Positions 16,745-27,183 of a DNA stretch of 64,000 nt are shown in pieces. Every line of letters begins with the position of its first letter. Positions within the stretch are counted from its first letter, which is position 1. The position numbers and the translations under genes are program-made. Below the pieces are notes generated by a model. That model was not told where the DNA came from. It did no database searches and saw only the letters and a list, made by a program, of their open reading frames with translations. This stretch comes from a virus. The stretch covers positions 1 to 64,000 of the IMG/VR virus record IMGVR_UViG_3300021131_000003; one strand, written 5' to 3'.

Positions 16745-19408
16745 CTACGTAGCAGGCTGAGCTAAGTAAATCGCCACAGTAGAACCGAGAGGAAGTTGGT
16801 CTACAAAGGTTGAGTTACCGATACGGCTCTGTACTGCAAAGCGGTTCTTGTAGTAGTGCGAACGCCCCGCGCCAACCACAGAACCTTCCCATAGATAGTC
16901 GGTGCTGGTTCCATACCCACTGCTACCGTCAAAGTAATCAAATGGTAGGGCTGAGCTTTCAAACAAAGCGTAATCAAGATAGATAATCTGGTTAGTTATT
17001 GTAGGTGTCCACGTAACACCAACCTCTGCATACGCTACGTTAGATGGGGATGCTCCCGTTACTACTAAGCGGTTCCATGCGTTGTCATACGCCGTAACAT
17101 TTCCAGTTGTAACTGTTCCAGTAGTTGTTGATATCAAGTTATAAGAGCTGTCATACCATTTAATGTATGGGGTTACAGTTTCAGCGGTAGATGGGTACTG
17201 GTCATCAATTGCTGCGTAAACGCTAAAGGTATAAGAAATCTTTGGGTAGTAGATAGGCATTAGCTGAGAGGTTGTGGTGCCGTCCCAAGATTTAATTGTC
17301 TTAGTTGTAGTAGAGGTAGACAATACGCTGTAGGCCTGACCTGATGAGTAAATAATAGGGCTCACTAAGTAGGAGCCACTTAAGTAAGGCGCTACTGCAG
17401 TTCTTGATACGTTTGGATTAGAGCCTGTAATTGCGTATTCTACATAAGCAAAATTAGATGTTGTGTGCTCTCCTACTGCAGTAACTGTCCACACTCCATC
17501 ATATGGTGCCCCCATATCGTGTACAACAATCTTGTCAGCAACATTGTGGTCGTGTGTGTACTGAGTTTCTAGACGAACAGTGTTTGAGGTAATAGTCTTA
17601 TACACAACTGCCCATGAAGTTGTAGCAGGTTGTTGAGTTCCATTAGTAAGAGTTACTGTAGCTCCACCACCACTTGTGGTCCATGGCGTAACAACTGGTG
17701 AGCTATTCGTTCCACTGATTAAGTTAAAGCTAGGGTTAGTCAGCTCATTAATTCGATTAGCCTTAAGGGTTAAGTGGAGCTGACGAGCATCATCAAACGC
17801 TGTGATAGTAGATGCCTGCTCAAACTGTGCGGCATCAAAGTATTGGTATTCGTTGCTAGCTGAACCTGCAGCGGAGGCAATAGAGATAAGTGGTATTGCG
17901 TAGGTTGCTCCTGTAGGGGCTGTAGCCGTATAAGAAGGTCTGACAGAGAACGCACCAGTTCCACTAGCTAAAGCTGTGCCATAAGTATCGGAACCGATTT
18001 GCACGGAGAAGCGGTCGTACCAACGGATACCTACTTTAACATTTTTGCTTGTAGACGAGTTAGTCGTGTACACACTAAAGATGTAAGACAGACCAGCAGT
18101 TACTGGTATGCCCTTAGTTACTGGCTTTGTTGCTCCGCATTGAAGATTAAGAGTCTGTGCACTAGTACTGGTATTTGTTACAGCCATGATTCCCTGTTGC
18201 TTATTTGGATACAGAGTTAGCGCTGTAGGTTCATTCCATGGAAGTGGGTATGGATAAATTACTGGGTATGCCTGTGTTGTAAAGTTCCAAGCATTTGTAG
18301 TTGGCAAGGTAAGACTGACGCCAATAGTAAATGAAATAGTGGTTGATGTTACCGCCGTAATAGTAATAGGAGCTGAGCTTGTGCTATTAAACAACGGCTT
18401 ATCACTGCCAGTTATGTATGCCTTGTTTCCAACCTTATAGTTGTGATTAGGTACTGTAATAGTTGCGGTAGTGCCAGATGCTGCTATATAAGTAACGTTT
18501 CTGCTTCTCATTACAGAGACTAGAGCAGTAGAGTCGCTGCTTGCCCAGTGACCCACAGATTCTTCAAAAGAAGAATCGTTATAATCAAGCATTAGATTGT
18601 GTCCAACTTGAACACCATTAACAGGTGAGTTAGCTGCCGAACTATTAACAGCTGGCACAGACCATCCAGTAAATGCTTTTAAGAACTCCTTTAACCCATC
18701 GGACGTTCCCTTAGACTTATAAAGCTCTGAAGCGCTACGCGCTAGAACACGAGTTTGTTGGTAGCCAATCTCAGGTTCATAGGAGATAGCAAGCTCTTGT
18801 AAAAGGGGGGGAAGAAGTAACCCACTAATCTTAGTGGTGTCGTATCGATTGACAATTAAATTAGCCATAGTTTGATACTGGCTAAGCTGGAACCCAAATA
18901 AAGCTAAGAACTGATAGAGAGTTGTATTTTGGTCTGTTAAGTTAAATACTGTATTGGCGCCTTCATTTACGGTAGAGGCTTTATAAATCTCTGGCAGATA
19001 CCCGTATAGGTTATCAGCAAAGTCATAGTCTTTAACAGATAGTCCTAGCGCGTCTGCTGCCCTAGTCCACTTAAAGTTAACTCGGTCAAAGATAAACAGT
19101 GAGTAGTAAAAGAAAGAGTTCTCAGCTAAAGGGGCGTCTGTGTACTTTCCAGGGTCTGTTTCTTTATACGCTTGGTAAGACTTATCGCCTTGAAGGTCAA
19201 GCTGAACGCCATCAAGTTCGTTTACAGGAAAACCATAAGTATTACGCACAAGCTTAATCTTTGACCAAGCTCCTGATGGGCTTGTCCAGCTCAGCTTAAT
19301 TGTTTTGTAACCAACAGGAGTTGCTTTAAAATTGTTGGCAGCATAGCTAACTGGAATGTCTCCGCCATATAGAGAAAGACCATAGTAGTTAATACCATAG
19401 CGAGCCAT
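16745..19408 (-). CDS. Baseplate wedge/tail protein (P2 gpI-like region plus carbohydrate-binding-like domains)
   Basis: YLPEIY, YKSKGT gpI-like motifs; two N(P/S)SF...YxFSVY...DxAxFE CBM-like domains. Confidence 0.75.
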   Translation of the reverse strand: MARYGINYYGLSLYGGDIPVSYAANNFKATPVGYKTIKLSWTSPSGAWSKIKLVRNTYGFPVNELDGVQLDLQGDKSYQAYKETDPGKYTDAPLAENSFFYYSLFIFDRVNFKWTRAADALGLSVKDYDFADNLYGYLPEIYKASTVNEGANTVFNLTDQNTTLYQFLALFGFQLSQYQTMANLIVNRYDTTKISGLLLPPLLQELAISYEPEIGYQQTRVLARSASELYKSKGTSDGLKEFLKAFTGWSVPAVNSSAANSPVNGVQVGHNLMLDYNDSSFEESVGHWASSDSTALVSVMRSRNVTYIAASGTTATITVPNHNYKVGNKAYITGSDKPLFNSTSSAPITITAVTSTTISFTIGVSLTLPTTNAWNFTTQAYPVIYPYPLPWNEPTALTLYPNKQQGIMAVTNTSTSAQTLNLQCGATKPVTKGIPVTAGLSYIFSVYTTNSSTSKNVKVGIRWYDRFSVQIGSDTYGTALASGTGAFSVRPSYTATAPTGATYAIPLISIASAAGSASNEYQYFDAAQFEQASTITAFDDARQLHLTLKANRINELTNPSFNLISGTNSSPVVTPWTTSGGGATVTLTNGTQQPATTSWAVVYKTITSNTVRLETQYTHDHNVADKIVVHDMGAPYDGVWTVTAVGEHTTSNFAYVEYAITGSNPNVSRTAVAPYLSGSYLVSPIIYSSGQAYSVLSTSTTTKTIKSWDGTTTSQLMPIYYPKISYTFSVYAAIDDQYPSTAETVTPYIKWYDSSYNLISTTTGTVTTGNVTAYDNAWNRLVVTGASPSNVAYAEVGVTWTPTITNQIIYLDYALFESSALPFDYFDGSSGYGTSTDYLWEGSVVGAGRSHYYKNRFAVQSRIGNSTFVDQLPLGSTVAIYLAQPAT

Positions 19409-21114
19409 TAGTTATTGATTCCCCCTGTAAAGGTAAGTACTAACCCAGTTGCTGTGTTGTTGAGCGTAGGGATTTCGTTAGCTCCGCAGATAACATCTTT
19501 GGTTGTCAACTTATACGCAGTACCTGTAGAGGTTGTAGTTGTTACTACAGAAGAAATTAACGCATAAGTAAAGGTAGTAGTTGTAGGTACGCCTGTAACA
19601 ACAAATGTGCCACTAAAGGTCGTGTCACTGCTAATGCTTACCTGCACAGTGTCACCCACGTTAAGCCCATGAGCCGCTGAAGTTGTTATAGTAGCTACTG
19701 TTCCGCTTGCAGCCTTGTTGCTAATTGTGGCGTATACGTCGGCATCATTTCTTACAAGGCGAGTAACCTGTGTATACCCCACGCCAGCAACAGAATTAAT
19801 AGCCTTTGTTACATCGTTAAGGGTAATTTTATCTGCAAAGCTAACGTTATCAAAAGCTAGCAAGCTAGCTAGAACAGAGTTAACCGCAGTGGTAACTAAG
19901 CTTGAACGATACTGCGGAAGAACAGTAATGTTTGCGCTAATGTTAACGGGTACATAAGAAGGTGGCTGGAAGGTTACAGTTGTATTGGCTGGAATCTTTC
20001 CAATTAAAAACGTCTTAACTGTAGCCGCTAAGTTGTTAAAGATATTTGAAGGGGTTACGCCATCAATTTGAACTCCACTATCTCCGTACGGAGCAAAGAA
20101 CACAGTAACGCTTGAGTATACGTCTGCAATTGCGTTAGCCTTAGCCACACCTGCTGACTTAACCAATGAGGCATAATCCGCTAAAGATACGGCTCTGTTG
20201 AGAGACTTTAAGCTTAAAGGCGCGTTAGCTCTAATAGAGTCTGTTGATTCTTGGTCAGCTCCACCGCTGGCAGCTGCTAAGTTAGTTACGCTTAGGCCGC
20301 TTGTGCTATTTGTCAAGACAGACTTGATGGCACCAATAGCCACGTTTCCTGTTGCACCTCCACCTACACGGTAGGTGGCTGTTAGTGCAGCGTTTGCATC
20401 TGGGACACGTCCGCTAATGTTATCGCCAAACAAAACATAAGAGGTTCCAGCGGCATTTGTATAAACAGAGAACACTGGGTCATAGTTTGTATAGTCAATA
20501 AGGTAAGGCACCTGTGTATAAGGTACCGTCCCTGCAGTAACTGACAATGAACCTTGGATAAGAGGAGACTTGGCGAGCGCCCATACTTGGTTAATCTCAC
20601 CTGTAGAGATGCCAACAGGTTCGTTTGTAACTGTATAGCCCTGTGTGCAAGCAACATCAGCCTGCCCGTTAACTGTTCCTGATTTAGCTGGTACGGTAAC
20701 TGATGTATTAGTTTCAAAAATAATTTGTGTGCCTGCTGTGCTTGAAGCAGTAGTGGCCACCTGAGTAAGTGCGGGTACAGTAATAGGGTTGCTAGATGAG
20801 TTATAAAAACGAACAGTTACAGTTGAGGCTGTTGCTGCTGATGGAGCATAACCAAGAAGTCGAGCAATCTGCAGAACACTATCGCGCTGGGTAGCAGTAC
20901 CGATAAAGGCTTCATTAGCCGCGCGGTCAATGTAATAGTTAAGAATGTCACCCATGTAAGCAAAGAGCTCAATAAGAGTAATACCAAAGTCTGCTGGGTC
21001 GCGGTTGGTCCAGTTAGGTAGGTAGTTTGGAATAAGGCTAATCATGTCGTCACGAATAGCGGCAAAGTCTTTGGAGGTGTAGTCCACCTGTGGAACGTAG
21101 TTAATATCAGCCAT
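19408..21114 (-). CDS. Baseplate J-like wedge protein
   Basis: DYTSKDF, PADFGITLIELFA, YRVGGG, RAVSLADY. Confidence 0.9.
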   Translation of the reverse strand: MADINYVPQVDYTSKDFAAIRDDMISLIPNYLPNWTNRDPADFGITLIELFAYMGDILNYYIDRAANEAFIGTATQRDSVLQIARLLGYAPSAATASTVTVRFYNSSSNPITVPALTQVATTASSTAGTQIIFETNTSVTVPAKSGTVNGQADVACTQGYTVTNEPVGISTGEINQVWALAKSPLIQGSLSVTAGTVPYTQVPYLIDYTNYDPVFSVYTNAAGTSYVLFGDNISGRVPDANAALTATYRVGGGATGNVAIGAIKSVLTNSTSGLSVTNLAAASGGADQESTDSIRANAPLSLKSLNRAVSLADYASLVKSAGVAKANAIADVYSSVTVFFAPYGDSGVQIDGVTPSNIFNNLAATVKTFLIGKIPANTTVTFQPPSYVPVNISANITVLPQYRSSLVTTAVNSVLASLLAFDNVSFADKITLNDVTKAINSVAGVGYTQVTRLVRNDADVYATISNKAASGTVATITTSAAHGLNVGDTVQVSISSDTTFSGTFVVTGVPTTTTFTYALISSVVTTTTSTGTAYKLTTKDVICGANEIPTLNNTATGLVLTFTGGINN

Positions 21115-21523
21115 TTGTTGGTACCTCCAGTAGTACATCTCCCGACCTGCTTAGAATAGCAGTTTTTATCGTTACACTCTGTTCAATGTCTGTTTCACGA
21201 AGCTTATAAGTAACGGTTAATACTAAGTTATCGTTACTAGAGTCTGATGTTCCTGCAACAGATAGCAATGTAAGTTCCTTAAGCCATGTAGAAAATGCAA
21301 TGTTTACTGCTTGACGAACTAAAGCTAAAGCCTCACCTGTGTTTAAAAAGGTAGCTTGAGAAGCGGTGCTACCAAAAGTAGGTCTCATCACTCGCTCCCC
21401 TAAGCTGGTCATAACCGCAAGTACAACACGGTCTTGCCAAATTTTGGTTAAGTCAGTTGTATAACCAACTCCGCCAGCGTCATTAATTGAAAATGGCAAA
21501 CTAATAGCTGAGTTAATAGCCAT
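21107..21523 (-). CDS. Baseplate gp25/GPW-like protein
   Basis: TSLGERVMRPTFG. Confidence 0.88.
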   Translation of the reverse strand: MAINSAISLPFSINDAGGVGYTTDLTKIWQDRVVLAVMTSLGERVMRPTFGSTASQATFLNTGEALALVRQAVNIAFSTWLKELTLLSVAGTSDSSNDNLVLTVTYKLRETDIEQSVTIKTAILSRSGDVLLEVPTNG

Positions 21524-21525
21524 GG

Positions 21526-22032
21526 TTATACTCCCATCCATACTGGAAAGTTAGGGTCTCCTGCTACAAACATAACCCATACTTGCTGTCCTACATTTGG
21601 TACGGCTCTGTGATAAGTATGCTCAGCGGCGGTCAACCCGCTCTCTGAACCGTCTTTATCTAGCGCATCTGTAGAGGTTTGATGCGGGTGTTTAAGGGTA
21701 TTGGTGTTACCAGTGTGGTTATTGGTATGAGAAACGGTAGCCGTAAAAGTATGAGTATGAGTGCCGCTTGGGTAAGAAGGGCCAGTGCCTGTTGTACCGC
21801 TTACTACATGGTCAGCATGGGAATTAAGCATGGCGGCAACTTCAGTGGCTAGGTGCGCTACATGGTCAGGGTGGTTTGCATTATCAGTTACAGGAGTACA
21901 CGGCAAAGCCCAGCTAGTTATCTCTGTGCCAAATAGCTGCGGTACCTGAAGCGTAATCTTATTGGCATTGTCTGGGTCATTGTTATCCATACAGACGCCT
22001 CTGTAGATTCCATAAAATCTTTTGTCTGTCAT
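21526..22032 (-). CDS. Baseplate central spike (gp5/gpV OB fold) with His-rich insert
   Basis: FYGIYRG...DP...QVP...WALPC...VPNVGQQVWVMFVAGDPNFPVWMG. Confidence 0.85.
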   Translation of the reverse strand: MTDKRFYGIYRGVCMDNNDPDNANKITLQVPQLFGTEITSWALPCTPVTDNANHPDHVAHLATEVAAMLNSHADHVVSGTTGTGPSYPSGTHTHTFTATVSHTNNHTGNTNTLKHPHQTSTDALDKDGSESGLTAAEHTYHRAVPNVGQQVWVMFVAGDPNFPVWMGV

Positions 22033-23375
22033 CGTCCCGCCCTCTTATTAGCCAACCGCTCTGTAACAGCAGGTGGTTTCTTGACTGTGGGTACGATTGT
22101 ATCTAAAGACTTAGTCTGGCTCTTCCAAGTGCTTGGCTTAGGGTCCCTAGCGTTTGTTTGCCCAGAACGATTTGATAAAGTTCCAAAGCTTCCTTTATTA
22201 GATGGACTAATGATTTTAGTTCTAGTACTTAGCTTAGTAACAGGCTTTACCTTAGTCTGTTTAACATTAGGGATGATAGTTCTTGCTGGTCTTTTATCAG
22301 GAACTACAATTGCTTTATTGTCTACCCATGTGGTGGCGTCCCCTAGAGAGTCAGAGCCTACTGTTAACACGGTTGTGTACATAAAAGTATTAAGCTGCGT
22401 CTCTATAATCTTATGCTCTGCCTCTAAGATAACCCAAAAACCAGAGTATGGTGAACCAACTCCGCCCAAGTAAACAGGCATGTCTGGTCTTAAGCTAGGT
22501 GTACCAAGAACCTCAACAACAGCTCTATAAGGAAAAGAGTTTCTATCCTCAGCTGATTGAGATTCAAACCCAGCCACTTCTGGAGTAAGAGCTACAGTGT
22601 CAACATCAAACTTATCAAAGAACTCAATCTTCTGATTAAATCTTGTTTTCTTATTTCTTACCTGTGTTGCAACGGAAAGAGTTTCACCAGTAAGTACGTT
22701 AACTCCACTTACAGCAACCGCGGCCTTAGTCTCATCCTCTTCGTATGGCATAGATTCGCTGATTAATGGTTTAAAAGAGTAGATGCTAGACCCGTCTGGA
22801 TGGTTCTGATTTCTCATTACAAAGTGATGAGCTTCAGACCTATAGTTTTTATAGTCCTCTAGAACAGGTTGGAAGTAAAGTTCGGTATTTTCTGTGCGCA
22901 GACTGTAACCGCTCTGCTTAGCTAAACGAACCATGAGTTCCCAATCAGATAGCCCAGCTTGAGCTATATGAGGATATATACGAGAGGTCGGAATGGTTCT
23001 AGCTACAAAATGATAGGTGTCAGCAATCTTAGAAACTACCTGGTCAGCTGTTACATCTTTGTATAAAGTTTGACGTCGTTGTTTCATAGGAAAAGAACCA
23101 CCAATAAAGGTAACTGTAGTAAAGTGTTTACCTGGGGTTCTATCCAAGGAGATGTGGTGCACATACCCGTAAAAGTCTCTGCGCTCAGTCAGGTTAGCAA
23201 ATTCCATATGAACTGGGGAGCCTGTAGAAACAACATCGTATTCCACGCCCCAATCTTTAAACTCAACTACAACAACTTCATGGGCATATCGCTTTTGATA
23301 TAACGTAGCCTCATACACAGTCTTAGGGTTGAGCCCTGAAGTATCTGGAAAGTTAATAGATATGTATTTAAACAT
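22029..23375 (-). CDS. Baseplate hub (gpD/gp27-like)
   Basis: QAGLSDWELMVRLAKQSGY, GTPSLRP; synteny. Confidence 0.8.
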   Translation of the reverse strand: MFKYISINFPDTSGLNPKTVYEATLYQKRYAHEVVVVEFKDWGVEYDVVSTGSPVHMEFANLTERRDFYGYVHHISLDRTPGKHFTTVTFIGGSFPMKQRRQTLYKDVTADQVVSKIADTYHFVARTIPTSRIYPHIAQAGLSDWELMVRLAKQSGYSLRTENTELYFQPVLEDYKNYRSEAHHFVMRNQNHPDGSSIYSFKPLISESMPYEEDETKAAVAVSGVNVLTGETLSVATQVRNKKTRFNQKIEFFDKFDVDTVALTPEVAGFESQSAEDRNSFPYRAVVEVLGTPSLRPDMPVYLGGVGSPYSGFWVILEAEHKIIETQLNTFMYTTVLTVGSDSLGDATTWVDNKAIVVPDKRPARTIIPNVKQTKVKPVTKLSTRTKIISPSNKGSFGTLSNRSGQTNARDPKPSTWKSQTKSLDTIVPTVKKPPAVTERLANKRAGR

Positions 23376-23649
23376 TAGGTATAACCAATACGGTGCCAGG
23401 AGTAATGTTATTGAAGTCGTCAATGCCAGGGTTAAATTCTGGTATTACCCACCAAAACTCTGGGCGCTTATAGTATTTATAAGCAATCTGGTCTAGGCGC
23501 TCGCCGTCTTGATATGTATGCTGCCAGTAATTTACTAACCCAAGATTAGTAAAAGCGTATAGAACTAATGGTTTTTCTACGTAGTCTGTGTTAGTTGCTA
23601 CGTAGTCAATGGTTGAGTACTCGTACCTAGAGCCTTTATAAATAGTCAT
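23368..23649 (-). CDS. LysM/tail-X-like baseplate protein
   Basis: GERLDQIAYKYY...WWVIPEFNP...PGTVLVIP. Confidence 0.85.
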   Translation of the reverse strand: MTIYKGSRYEYSTIDYVATNTDYVEKPLVLYAFTNLGLVNYWQHTYQDGERLDQIAYKYYKRPEFWWVIPEFNPGIDDFNNITPGTVLVIPNV

Positions 23650-24752
23650 TAGTTACCTGCCACAATTCCAGAACCAGAGAAGCAATCAATACTTAATGAT
23701 ACCGTTGTGCGTACAGGTATCATGTTCTCCGTAAAATCAGTGTGTTGAATACCCATAGTGGTAATCCACCCAACATAGCTCAAGCTGTCTAATGTAGGTC
23801 CAATTTGGATACCAACCAGGGTAGGCATCAAGAACCCAATGTTAGCTGTTTCTTTTCCTAATAGGTTTGTCCAACCACCATTTGCTTGACCACCGTTTAA
23901 AGTTTTAAATAGATACTCAAGGTCAGCCATGGTGCCCTGTGCCATAAGCTGTTGAATCTTATCGGCAGTTGTAATTTCATTTGACTGAATTGGGTAGGCG
24001 TTACCGTCGTAGTAACTGGTGAACTGGGAGTAGTTTACGCCCTTAGGGTCATTGCCTCCACCATATGCTTTGACGCAGGCAAAATCATTTACTCGGTCAA
24101 GTTGCAAGGTTAAAGATACAGTCTCTTGCCCAGGAAATGCTCCAGAGACAACCTTTAGAGAGTCTGCTGGGCTTGGGGTAATATCCATATTACGGGTAAC
24201 GCTTGTGCTAATAGATGTAGGGTTCCACATAAATTGAAAACCCCAGTGGTTGCTCATTGAGCTAAGAACTGTTCCCGCATCAGTGTTTTTAGTCCCAGTA
24301 TTTTTAGCAGCTGTAGCGCCAGCAGTAGTTACGTTACCGCTATCGTCAAAGGTACTAACGTTATTAGCGCCTGAGTAATACCAGATACGACCTCGGCGCA
24401 TACCATGGAACGCGTCGTAGTTGTTTGCCCCTACAAGCTCAGAATCCATCTGGCGTGGGCGAACAGGCAAGCTCCAATTATGCGGAGGAAGATTCCACTT
24501 GTAATCAGCAGTAGGCATTTTATTAATTTCAGCGCTTGTATCGGTGCTTATAGTTTTGGTGCTTACTGTAGGCTTCTGTAAATCTAAACTTAAGTAATCA
24601 TCTAAGCGTAGACGGGTAGAGGTACTGTTAGCTGAGTAGTTAACAGCGGATACCGCTTGTTGATTAGCTAGCTGTAATTGGCGCTCAACTTGTATATCTG
24701 TAGTGGCGGTAGTTCCAATGAACCCGCCATCGTCTGCATAGTAACTAGCCAT
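23649..24752 (-). CDS. Tail tube initiator-like protein
   Basis: FQFMWNPT...FTENMIPVRTTVSL; position after the tape measure gene. Confidence 0.65.
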   Translation of the reverse strand: MASYYADDGGFIGTTATTDIQVERQLQLANQQAVSAVNYSANSTSTRLRLDDYLSLDLQKPTVSTKTISTDTSAEINKMPTADYKWNLPPHNWSLPVRPRQMDSELVGANNYDAFHGMRRGRIWYYSGANNVSTFDDSGNVTTAGATAAKNTGTKNTDAGTVLSSMSNHWGFQFMWNPTSISTSVTRNMDITPSPADSLKVVSGAFPGQETVSLTLQLDRVNDFACVKAYGGGNDPKGVNYSQFTSYYDGNAYPIQSNEITTADKIQQLMAQGTMADLEYLFKTLNGGQANGGWTNLLGKETANIGFLMPTLVGIQIGPTLDSLSYVGWITTMGIQHTDFTENMIPVRTTVSLSIDCFSGSGIVAGN

Positions 24753-27022
24753 TATTTAGTTGCCACCCATTTACTAGTCTGTAGGTCTTTAACTGCTTGT
24801 TGAATAGCCGCTTGTATCTTTTTAGGGTCTCCGCCCATTACATTCATATTGAAGGTAACACCGCCGTAATTGACTGTGCTTCCTCCTCCACCGCCCAAAA
24901 GCTGTGAAGCATAACCAGCAGCATCACCACCCAAAATACTGGACAGGGTTGTTCCCTTAGCAATTGAGCCTGTCTTTAAGTATTGCTGGAACGCTGCGTT
25001 AAAGGCTTTTCCATTAGTACCGAAGAAAGAAGTAATAGCTGAAGCCGTTCCAGCGTCTTCAGTAATGCTTGAGTGCGTTTTAAAAGTTCCCCATGGGGAA
25101 GCGCCAACTATTGCTCTAAAGTCTTCTGCTGAAACGTTTCCAGCAGATAATGCTCCCAAAATTTCATTATAACGAGAGTCACCCTTAAGGGTTTTAATTG
25201 TAGCTTCCACTCCTTGTTTATAAGAAGTATAGTTTTTAACTCCATCTTTATTATTGGTAAATCCTTCTGCCTTGCCCGCGTCAACTGCCCCTGGCATAGG
25301 TTGTGTGGTAGCTAATGGATTGAACTTAGCTTTAGTATTTTCTCCAGACATCCACATTAAAATATCTGCTATAGCACTTGGTGTAGCTTTATCACCTAAA
25401 CCAGCTAGTAAGTCTTTAGCAAATACATCTCCACCACCAGCGCGTCCCCCTTTATACTTAAAGAGTTGACTAGTTATGTTGTTTGGAATGATGGTTCCAT
25501 CTACCTTAGGAACAAATAGCTCAGGTCCCTTTTCACCAACCATATACATATTGGATGCCGCAGTAGGTCCGCCAGAAGCTTTACCTGATATACCAAGGAG
25601 AGCTGTAAGGAATTGGATTAGCTTGTCGCCCATACCGTTACCTGCAGCGCCTAAGGTTTGAAGTAGAGCAGCCATACTATTAAGACCAAGTACGCCCTGA
25701 GGGTTAATGTTGTTCTGTATGTTGCCCATATCAGTTAAGAAGTTCTTAGTTCCAGCAAATGTTTTAGCTCCAGCTGGGGATGCAAGAATCAACCCCTGAG
25801 TAGCAACTGCATTGCCGCGGCTAAATGCCTGGACAGCCTCGGTGGTTAACCCAGCAGCTTTAGCGTTGGCAGCATTAATAGTTGTATCCGCGCCAGCAGC
25901 AGTCTGACGAGCTTTAAATACAAGACCGTTCTTAATCATGTTATAGACAAGTGGGTCTTGGCCAAATAGATTCTGAACCAAAGAGTCCATAGAGTTTCCT
26001 GGTTGGAAACCAATCAAGACTTCGCGCTCAGATGGCTTTCTTCCAGCGCCATAAGCTTGCCCGTAGTCTCTACAAATCTTTGTCCACAAGTCATCAATAA
26101 TCTTATCTGGCGGCTTTAAGTTTCCATCCGCATCACGAATAGAGATACCAACACCGCGAAGCATGTTTACATTTCTGCCTTGTTGCATAGCACCGTATGC
26201 GCGCATAGCGCCTTCAGCGCCAATACCTGGGGTGAGGTTAGATACGTTAGCTACGCCTTGCGCAATACTTCCATTGAAGTTACCGCCAGCGCCCTGTAAT
26301 AAGTTAGTTCCATTAAGTCCGTAGCTTTGAGCAGCAGCAATGGCATTGATAGCATCCATCTTGTCATTTACAGAGCCTTGAAGACCCATCTTCATCATGG
26401 CGTCTTTTACATAGTTCTGTTGATTGTCAAGAACCATAGCTGAAGGCAGAGTTGCGCCAGGGGTTGTTGGTCCCATAGCAACCTTGTTGCCCATCATGGC
26501 GTTAGCTCTTACATAAAGAAGCTGAGCTTGAACCATGTCAGATGTAGCGTTAGCTCCCATAAGAGCTGTGCCCATTCCGTAAAGAGCCGCCGCTCCAGGG
26601 TTCTGACTTACATAATCAGATAGGTTACGGAACATGCCTCCGCCGCCAGAGGAGCCAGATGAGCTTCCGCTTATTCCGCCACCACTAAAGGCTCCGCCAC
26701 CTATTACAGTAGGCGCAGGTCCTGCAGCAATTTGATTTTGTCCACCGCCATATACAGCAGGGGCATTGTGAAAGACTGGGTCTGGAGCTACGTGATTTCC
26801 ATAAACTCCGCCACCGCCGTAGCCACCGCCGTAGCCGCCAACAAAACCGCCTTGAGTTTGAACAAGCCTCTGATTACCAGACTGCATTGTTTGAACAAGG
26901 CTTGTCCACTCTTGTCTTAGAAGGGAGGTTTCTTGGCGCATACTAGAGATGCTGCTCTTGATATCAGAGACTACAAAGCTAGTACGAGACGGTAAGTTCA
27001 TACCGCTCTTGCTATCAGCCAT
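24752..27022 (-). CDS. Tape measure protein with C-terminal lysozyme-like domain
   Basis: 756 aa, Ala/Gly-rich; YMVGEKGPELFVP motif; WMSGE...NPLATT...GVKNY. Confidence 0.85.
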   Translation of the reverse strand: MADSKSGMNLPSRTSFVVSDIKSSISSMRQETSLLRQEWTSLVQTMQSGNQRLVQTQGGFVGGYGGGYGGGGVYGNHVAPDPVFHNAPAVYGGGQNQIAAGPAPTVIGGGAFSGGGISGSSSGSSGGGGMFRNLSDYVSQNPGAAALYGMGTALMGANATSDMVQAQLLYVRANAMMGNKVAMGPTTPGATLPSAMVLDNQQNYVKDAMMKMGLQGSVNDKMDAINAIAAAQSYGLNGTNLLQGAGGNFNGSIAQGVANVSNLTPGIGAEGAMRAYGAMQQGRNVNMLRGVGISIRDADGNLKPPDKIIDDLWTKICRDYGQAYGAGRKPSEREVLIGFQPGNSMDSLVQNLFGQDPLVYNMIKNGLVFKARQTAAGADTTINAANAKAAGLTTEAVQAFSRGNAVATQGLILASPAGAKTFAGTKNFLTDMGNIQNNINPQGVLGLNSMAALLQTLGAAGNGMGDKLIQFLTALLGISGKASGGPTAASNMYMVGEKGPELFVPKVDGTIIPNNITSQLFKYKGGRAGGGDVFAKDLLAGLGDKATPSAIADILMWMSGENTKAKFNPLATTQPMPGAVDAGKAEGFTNNKDGVKNYTSYKQGVEATIKTLKGDSRYNEILGALSAGNVSAEDFRAIVGASPWGTFKTHSSITEDAGTASAITSFFGTNGKAFNAAFQQYLKTGSIAKGTTLSSILGGDAAGYASQLLGGGGGSTVNYGGVTFNMNVMGGDPKKIQAAIQQAVKDLQTSKWVATK

Positions 27023-27183
27023 TAGGCCCTCCCTCCGCTATAACGTAAAGCTCGGTCTATCCAGTTCTTTCTGTCTCTAACTGAGAGCTCTTTAATCTCA
27101 GTTAAAGTCCAGCCACCAAAAACTCTGGTTAACAACTCGTACTCATTAAGTAGAGCTGTGTACTCTAGAAGCCTAGAGTCGAA
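27022..27183 (-). CDS. Tail assembly chaperone C-terminal extension (GT-type), probably reached by +1 frameshift
   Basis: 53 open codons with no ATG: FDSRLLEYTALLNEYELLTRVFGGWTLTEIKELSVRDRKNWIDRALRYSGGRA; its stop overlaps the tape-measure ATG (TAATG). Confidence 0.7.
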   Translation of the reverse strand, partial: FDSRLLEYTALLNEYELLTRVFGGWTLTEIKELSVRDRKNWIDRALRYSGGRA

